A DNA stretch of 47,000 nt from Eledone cirrhosa. Its lineage: Eukaryota. The position numbers and the translations under genes are program-made. The stretch covers positions 1 to 47,000 of the forward strand of contig CAXHJY010001307.1 of NCBI GenBank assembly GCA_964016885.1, in the 5' to 3' direction. The notes under the pieces are model-generated. The model was not told the DNA's origin and ran no database searches. It was given only the letters and a program-made list of their open reading frames with translations. The number at the start of each line of letters is the position of its first letter. Within the stretch, counting starts at the first letter, position 1. This document shows positions 36,462 through 47,000 of the stretch, one piece after another.

Positions 36462-38665
36462 CTACATTTTAAATTTATATTTATATTTAAACGTTGAGTT
36501 CAATCTATGTCTGCAGCAACTGAATAAATTATTCCTTAAATTCAGGGAATTTTTGGTCTTTAATATAAAGAATATTTCCTCTATACAAAGATCGCAATTT
36601 TCTGAAGAGGAATTAAAAGGAGTAGCTTTCTGAAATAATATTCCAAATCAGCGAATATTCAACATTATCTCGTTTTAGGTCCCATAATAGGCTAGATAGC
36701 GAAGTTGAAGATTTTTTGTTTGGATCTGTAAAATAATTTGTATGATTATTGAAGTGGGATTTAAACTCTGGGGGTAGATCCGACATAATTAAATGAATTT
36801 AAATTAGTTTTTACATTACAATTATAAACTACATTTTTAGCTAAGCATTTGTTATTTAACGGACAGTTGGATTTATTTCTACAGTTACAATTATTCGATT
36901 GAATATTGCTTGGGTTATTATTGGTATTTTGGTTAGGTTTTAAATTTCTATTATTAATTCTATTAATATTTTGCGCTAAATTTTTGGTGGAAGAGTAAGT
37001 TAATTTTATAGTATGTCTATTAAAAATTGAGTAATATCTATCTGTTCTAGGGAAGCGTTTGTCAAGAGCTTTAAAGAATAGTTTAGCAATAGGGGTTTTA
37101 ATATTTAGTGAGAAAGGAGGAGCGAACCATACTATGTTCCTAGTTCTATTTCTTTTTCGGCTTTCGGAATTATTGTAATGTTTTCTATTATAGTTGTTAA
37201 AATTGTTACCATAGTTAAAATTGTTATTATGTTGGTTAGTTTTTATATTATTATTATTATCGATGTATTTAATTTTATTTCTATACCCAGCTCTACCTAA
37301 CGCTTCGTTGTAATAATGCGCTTTTTATCAAATATATTCTTATTAGATGAAATTCTCGAAATTCGTTCTTGTACAGAGTTCACTATAGTATTTTTAACAG
37401 ATCTGGGGTGATTAAAGTTAAAATTGACATAATTTAAGTTCTCATTTAGTTTGTGAAAAGGGTAATGAAGACATGTGTTAAGATGTAGTGTTACATCTAG
37501 AAAATTAACTATTTTATGGTTATTCTCTATTTGTACTTTTAGATTAAGGTAATTAAAAAATTGTATAATTTGTTTTCTTTTTCTATTTAGTTCACAGCTA
37601 TTATTTTCTATAAGTAAAAGCATGTCGTCACGATATAAACCTCCGGTTACACCTGGTATTTTTCTATGTAGAGAATTAATTATAAATAGGCCCACAAGGT
37701 CCGTTACCGGAGCTGAGTCTGAAGATCCCATAGTTATGTCGAAATTATTATTTCTATCTGCCCTAGTCCAGAGTTGGTTATTAAATTCTATTAATGTTTT
37801 CCGTGCCGATAATATAATGTGCATTTCATTGCTAGTTATATCTGTATGTTTAAATGCGTAAGTTAGTGCCTTATTCAGTAGATTAGGAGTGATAGATGAG
37901 TAGTAGTTAGCAATATCTAACTGAATAAACTTATTATTATAGTTATATTTAATTTCTTTAAACCAATCGATAACCTCACTAGTTCCTTTCCATAATTTTA
38001 AGTCAGATAAATTAGGTAAATTCTTAATTTGTGGTATTATTCTGTCTAGAATATTTTTGCTAAGTCTGCCAAGGTCAGAATAAGATGGTGCAATTAATCT
38101 GACTGGTAAATCAGTTTCGAAGTTTCTTTTATGATCCTTCATATTAATCTTAGGTTTCCTTGGCATGAAGGGTTGTGTCCTATTTTCAATGGCTAGTTCA
38201 TGCATTATACAAGAGGCATCTGTATTCAGTTTTTCAAGGTCGTCTTTATTTGCTACTTTGTATTTCTTCCTTAGTTCCTTTAATATAAGATCGTTATAAA
38301 TGTCCTTTTGTATTCCGTAAAGATTATTGGTTTTGTCCGACTTAACTAGAATTTTCTCCGTTTTCTCCAAGTTTTCAATATTATCCTTAATATCTCTTAA
38401 GTAATCTTGGCCTTTGAAATTGTTTTTGAATTTGATGCTTTGGATGATAGATATATCATTTTCAAAATCCATTAATAGTTTGTTGGGGGGGTGGATTTTT
38501 TTTAGATTTGAAGATTTTATCCAGATTTGAAACATTTTCATTTAGATTAGATTTATCGAAGTGGAAAGCACGCCACCTGATTCTTCTTATAAAAGAGTCT
38601 GATTTTTCTATTAATTATTTAATAAAATCTTTATTCCTAAGTAGAGGTATGTCTTTTAGAGAAGA
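36462..38665 (-). pseudogene. Penelope-like RT-GIY-YIG polyprotein, several frameshifts
   Basis: SLKDIP..FIRRIRWRA, KSDKTNN, QLDIANYYSSI, ITMGS, GLYRDD and NFLDV. Read manually past the frameshift near 37320: WFAPPFS, CNCR..CPL..KC, VVY..YVG, CDLC and CCRH. Confidence 0.9.
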
Positions 38666-38676
38666 AGAGATCTATA

Positions 38677-38785
<109 letters not shown>

Positions 38786-38839
38786 AAGTATAGAAGTTAC
38801 TTTATATTATATATATATATATATTATATATATATACAT

Positions 38840-39338
38840 GGAGGCACATGGCTTAGTGGTTAGAGCAATGAACTGGCAATCGAAAGGTTGTGAGTTCAAT
38901 TCTCAGACCGGGTGATGTGTTGTTTCCTTGAGCAAGACACTTTATTTCACATTGCTCCAGTTTACTCAGCTGTAGAAATGAGATGATAGGGACTGCAAAG
39001 TGGTCGTGGAGGTGTCACGGAGAAAAAGCACCCAGCACTCACTGTAAATGAGGTTGGTGTTAGGAAGAGCATCCAGCTGTAGAGATCAAGCCAGAATCAG
39101 TTCCCGTCTCACCCTTGCAAACAGGGGAAAGTGGACGTAAAATGAAATGATGATGATGATATATTATCGGTAGAGAATTGGACGCCATGCTTTCCTGCAT
39201 AGTTACCACCCTTTACGATCTGAGTTCAAATCCTGTCGAGGTTAACTTTGCCTTTCATCCTTACGGGGTCGATAGAATAAAGTACCAGTAATACACTGGG
39301 ATAATTGCTGGCCTTGTGTCAAAAGTAGAAACAATTAT
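38840..39338 (+). mobile_element. SINE pair (tRNA/RTE-tail SINE 38840-39160 + Nin-like SINE 39163-39338), duplicate of 30333-30850
   Basis: Near-identical sequence and junctions. Confidence 0.9.
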
Positions 39339-39347
39339 ATATCTATA

Positions 39348-39859
39348 GGAGAATAAATGGGAGAAAGACAGTCTCCCGCACATCGACCCAATAGAGGGAC
39401 CAGCAGTGTTAGTCGAAGGTAGTATAATAAGTAAGGCAATCAAAGACATGAAGACGGGTAAGGCGGCTGGGCCTTCGGAAATAGTTGCTGAAATGCTGAA
39501 AGCTTCTGGAACGGTGGGACACACCATGGTCACCCGGATAGTAAACCAAGTCATACAGAATGAGGTTGTTCTGAAGGACTGGCGTAGCAGCAGCATCATT
39601 AACTGCTATAAGGGTAAAGGAGATGCACTAGATAGGAATAACTATAGAGGCATTAAATTAATCGACCAGGTCATGAAGGTCACAGAAAAAGTAATAGCGC
39701 AACTAATCAGAGACAACTAATCTAGATGAAATGCAGTTCGGGTTTGTGTCAGGTAAAAGTACCACAGACGCTCTTTTCATTGTACGACAACTACAGGAGA
39801 AGTACCTAGCTAAAATTAAACCCCTATACTTAGCTTTTGTCGACTTGGAGAAAGCCTTC
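39348..39859 (+). mobile_element. RTE RT fragment (third copy)
   Basis: Starts at the same GGAGAATAAATGGG junction as 30861 and ends at DLEKAF. Confidence 0.9.
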
Positions 39860-40285
39860 CGTTCTCTAGCTCCTCTACTGATTCTGCTATAAGAACCAGA
39901 TCATCAGTATAGAGAAGTTCCCATGGACAGCCAGTCTTAAACTCCTCTGTTATGGCTTGGAGGACTATAATGAACACGAGAGGGCTGAGGACCGAATCTT
40001 GACGTACTCCTACTTGTATCTGGAATTCCTCACTAAACTCCATTCCAACCCTCACTTTACTGACAGTACCTCTGTACAAAGTTTGCACTGTCCTCACAAG
40101 CCATTCCTCAACACCTAGTTTCCTTAGGGACCACCAGATGACAGATCGGGGTACCCTATCAAAGGCCTTCTCTAGGTCAACAAAGGCTAAATATAGTGGC
40201 TTATTCTTCTCTATGAACCTCTCTTGCAATTGTCTCACCAAGAAGAGGGCATCTGTTGTACTTTTCCCAGGCACAAAACCAAAAT
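39860..40285 (-). mobile_element. Inverted RT fragment of a diverged RTE subfamily
   Basis: FGFVPGKSTTDA, DLEKAFDRVP, SVLSP and LYTDD in ORF 39816-40490. Confidence 0.9.
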
Positions 40286-40347
40286 GCAGTGAAAGCAACT
40301 GGTGCGTCTGTTTCTTATTGGCAACATGACCCTCCCAAAGCATAACC

Positions 40348-40412
<65 letters not shown>

Positions 40413-40892
40413 CATACAGAGCTGGCACTTCCTCTTGAAGTTGTAAAGGAAGTGCCAGCTCTGTCTCATGGAGCTTTCCCGTAAGAGCACCCCTAGATAT
40501 CATCAACAGCAGATCAGAATCTGTGATAAACTGCGGACACAGAATACAGCAGTCATTCTATAGTTGGACCCCGGTTGATATCTGAACACCATAAACCAGG
40601 TCCTCCTGCACCAAACCATAACACGCTGGAGGGCGGGGTACATAACTAAACATCTGTACACCAACTATGCCTCTTAGATCTGGCATGACTAAGCAGTAGT
40701 AATTTGACACTCATAAAATAGTCGTGGAGATTAATTATCATGTGAATGGATTATAAGCCACTTATTCAAACACTGGTCAGAGTTACTCCCCCTGCTCTGT
40801 GATGTAAACAGCCATGTCTGTTAAACATGAACTTCGATGTGGTTATCATCTTAAAACCCTTTCTGGGTTCTATATTGAACACTCTCTAGATT

Positions 40893-40940
40893 TGTATGCC
40901 CTTGAGAAGCTCTTTTCAGGCGAAACGTACGTAAGTGCTT
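40893..40940 (+). ncRNA. Hammerhead-like motif with U3-A8 core variant (degenerate)
   Basis: TTGAGAA-GC..GC-GAAA-CGTACG-TA. Stem III is palindromic; stem I is poorly paired. Confidence 0.4.
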
Positions 40941-41164
40941 ATTGTATAAACATGTTCTAATAGTCTGTATTCTCTTTCGTAATTCTTTCATTTGTAACCG
41001 CTCTGCTTATATTCTCGCCCACTAAATATTAATGCTTCCGATATTTAACCATGTAGGCACAAGTATTGAGCACAAATGCACCAGCTTATGGCAACTAACT
41101 ATATTATCGCTTATCCCTTTAAACATTCTACTCTCTCACGATACTAAAATATTCTATATATATA

Positions 41165-41513
41165 TCATCATCATCATCATTTTACGTCTGCTTTTCCCTG
41201 CTTGCAAGGGTGGCACGGGAACTGATCCTGGCTTGATTTCTACAGATGGATGCCCTTCCTAACACCAACCTCATTTACAGTGAGTGCTGGGTGCTTTGTT
41301 TGCCATGGCACCTCCACGACCACTTTGCAGTGGAATGATAGGGACCCCAGTCCCTATCATCTCATGTCTACAGCTGAGTAAACTGGAGCAATGTGAAATA
41401 AAGTGTCTTGCTCAAGGAAACAACATCACCCAGTCTGAGAATTGAACCGGGTGATGTGTTGCTTCCTTGAGCAAGACACTTTATTCCACGTTGCTCCAGT
41501 TTACTCAGCTGTA
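41165..41513 (-). mobile_element. Inverted SINE copy ending in a fold-back of its own central domain
   Basis: 41165-41447 is the reverse complement of the 30333-type SINE; 41450-41513 repeats its core in + orientation. Confidence 0.85.
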
Positions 41514-42494
41514 TAAAAAAAAATATATATATGTGTGTGTTTGTATAAGTATATGTGTTTTGTGTATGTATATATGTGGTATGTGTGTATATATATATAT
41601 ATGGGTCTATATGTTTGTGTGTGTGTATGTATATATATATGGGTATGTATGCGTATGTATATATATATATATATATGTATGTATATATGTGTTTGTATGT
41701 AGTATATATGGACTGTAGATATATTTACATATAGGGAAGTGAATATGTGAGTCAGCATGTCCCCCCACCCTTCCTGTCCCAAACCAATATCAACAACACA
41801 TCTTTGACAAATCTTCCCAAACTATCCTTCTTTTCTCTTTTTCCTGTCATCCTATTCTTATCAAAAGACATGTATCTTACACCTCATTAAAACCCAGACA
41901 AGCACCTAAATTCATCTTTGATATAGAAATTTGTAGAAGATATTCTTTATGGATTTGGAAGAGTTGATTCAGCTATGCCATTATATACTCATCAAAGGTC
42001 AGCTAATGAAATAAAACCAGCAGGAGAGTATGTTTACAACTACCTTCTCAAACACCCTTATCTTACAACCTCACCATTTTCTGAGTGTATATATGTGTAT
42101 ATATATGTGTGTGTATGCATGTGTGTGTGTTTGCTTTAATTCCTATGGACCTTCATCATCATCAACACTCATTAACACCACATGCCAACCCCAGACACAT
42201 CCAAATCTCTCTCTTATATATAGTCACACATTTCAACACAACCTGATCTCAGTTTGACAATCGCCACAGAGAGAAGAATACAAGAAAGTTCTCCAACCCA
42301 AGTTAACCAGGAATCTATAAAATTCTTCCCACCAAAGTTAAAAGAACTTACTGGATCTATCAACTCATAATATTATAATATTATAAAAATTAAATCAAAC
42401 ATTTTTTTAACACTACAAGTGTTTTTTCAAATATACCTAACTGTACCAAGGATCTCACACATTTTCCAATATATATATATATATATATGTATAC

Positions 42495-42712
42495 CATCAT
42501 CATCACCATTTTAAGTCCGTTCTTCTATGCTAGATTGGGTTAGACGAGTTGTCCTGTTGTGGGCAGTGTCCGTTTGGCTGACTTTGACTTGCTCATACGG
42601 GAACTGATTTTGGCTTGATTTCTACAGCTGGATGCCCGTCCTAACACCAACTTCATTTACAGTGAGTGCTGGGTGCTTTTTTCCGTGGTGCCTACATGTC
42701 CACTTTATAGTG
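42495..42712 (-). mobile_element. RTE/SINE 3' tail fragment
   Basis: CATCATCATC...GGGTTAGACG...CAGCTGGATGCCC.TCCTAACACCAAC. Confidence 0.7.
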
Positions 42713-42909
42713 TGGGTTGATATATATATATATATATAATATATTTAGTATGTTTATATATAATATAACCAAAGATTAATATGGTTCATTGATTACTCAA
42801 TGAATATAATTTTACAATAGATTAGAAGCACTCTACATTGAAGTTTTCAGGAGTTATTAATATTATTCAAAATATTAATAAATGAAGACATTTACATAAT
42901 CAAAATATA

Positions 42910-42975
42910 TGTTTTATTATATATATTTCGAAGGTACTGTGCTGTTTCTTCAGTACGTCCTCGTCAGATAAAATA
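42910..42975 (-). ncRNA. Minimal type I hammerhead ribozyme, intact core
   Basis: TATTTTAT-CTGACGA-GGA.GTACTG/CAGTAC.TTC-GAA-ATATATAT-A-ATAAAA. Confidence 0.8.
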
Positions 42976-43034
42976 CATGAATGAGATACCTCAACGGTCT
43001 TGATGGGTCAATTCCAGTATTGGCAGTATTCATG

Positions 43035-43100
43035 TATTTTATCTGACAAGGATGTACTGAAAAATCTGTACAGTACCTTCGAAATATATATAATAAAACA
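43035..43100 (+). ncRNA. Inverted hammerhead copy with G8>A core mutation
   Basis: TATTTTAT-CTGACAA-GGATGTACTG..CAGTACCTTC-GAAATATATATAATAAAA. Confidence 0.65.
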
Positions 43101-43177
43101 TATATAATAAAACATATATTTTGATTATGTGAATGTCTTTATTTATTAATATTTTGAATAATATATATATAATATAA

Positions 43178-43365
43178 TGGTTTCTATTTTGGCACAAGGC
43201 CAGCAATTACCCAGTGCATTACTGGTACTTTATTTTATCGACCCCGTAAGGATGAAAGGCAAAGTTAACCTCGGCGGGATTTGAACTCAGATCATGCAGG
43301 GAGGTAACTCTATGCTTCAAAGCATGGTGTCTGACCCTCTACCGATACTGCCAATCCACCACCTA
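43178..43365 (-). mobile_element. Nin/Deu-like SINE, inverted
   Basis: Reverse complement closely matches 30676-30850 and 39163-39338. Confidence 0.8.
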
Positions 43366-43667
43366 ATATATATATAATATAATATTTTTGAAAATATTAA
43401 TAAATAAAGACATTCACATAATCAAAATATATGTTTTATTATATACCATGCAGTATCATACTTTATTGGCAGGTGTTATACAGTCATCCTCCACTGCTAA
43501 TTAAGTCACAGAAGCTATCAACCACTTCAATGTGTGTATAATTACTTGTGTATCTTTATGTGTTTGTGTATATATGTGTATACATCTGCATAGATTTGCA
43601 GTATATGATACAGCCGGGAGAACATCTCATATTATCTGGGTCCTTCTAGCAGATCCAGCAAGTGACA

Positions 43668-47000
<3,333 letters not shown>

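Larger units (their letters stand above)
34891..38672 (-). mobile_element. Penelope-like retroelement (RT + GIY-YIG; Naiad-like by inference) inserted in (TA)n
   Basis: Both ends abut (TA)n, and the element is absent from the paralogous block near 30240. Contains a PLE ORF and a hammerhead. Confidence 0.85.

Overview
AT-rich, repeat-dominated animal genomic DNA. An effector-less tandem C2H2 gene, RTE-clade LINEs, tRNA-derived SINEs and long (TA)n/(CA)n tracts together suggest an octopus/coleoid cephalopod (inference). The only intact host gene is a 13-finger C2H2 zinc-finger ORF (17710-18900, +), followed by decayed fingers. Its ~2.2 kb upstream region is duplicated in inverted orientation at the window start (1-3810 vs 15330-17515), which predicts a head-to-head paralog just left of the window. 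The spacer between the arms holds a deleted RTE LINE, a gag/PR-deleted Gypsy element with a tRNA-Trp PBS, and a near-full-length RTE whose RT carries an inserted C4HC3 PHD-type finger. The right half is a rearranged tandem duplication (RTE, 28-bp satellite, SINEs); its second copy holds a near-complete Penelope-like element. Several minimal hammerhead ribozyme motifs are present, including an inverted pair forming a ~300-bp palindrome. Several minisatellites derive visibly from transposon sequence. All coordinates were read by eye, and element ends are approximate. No database searches were run.
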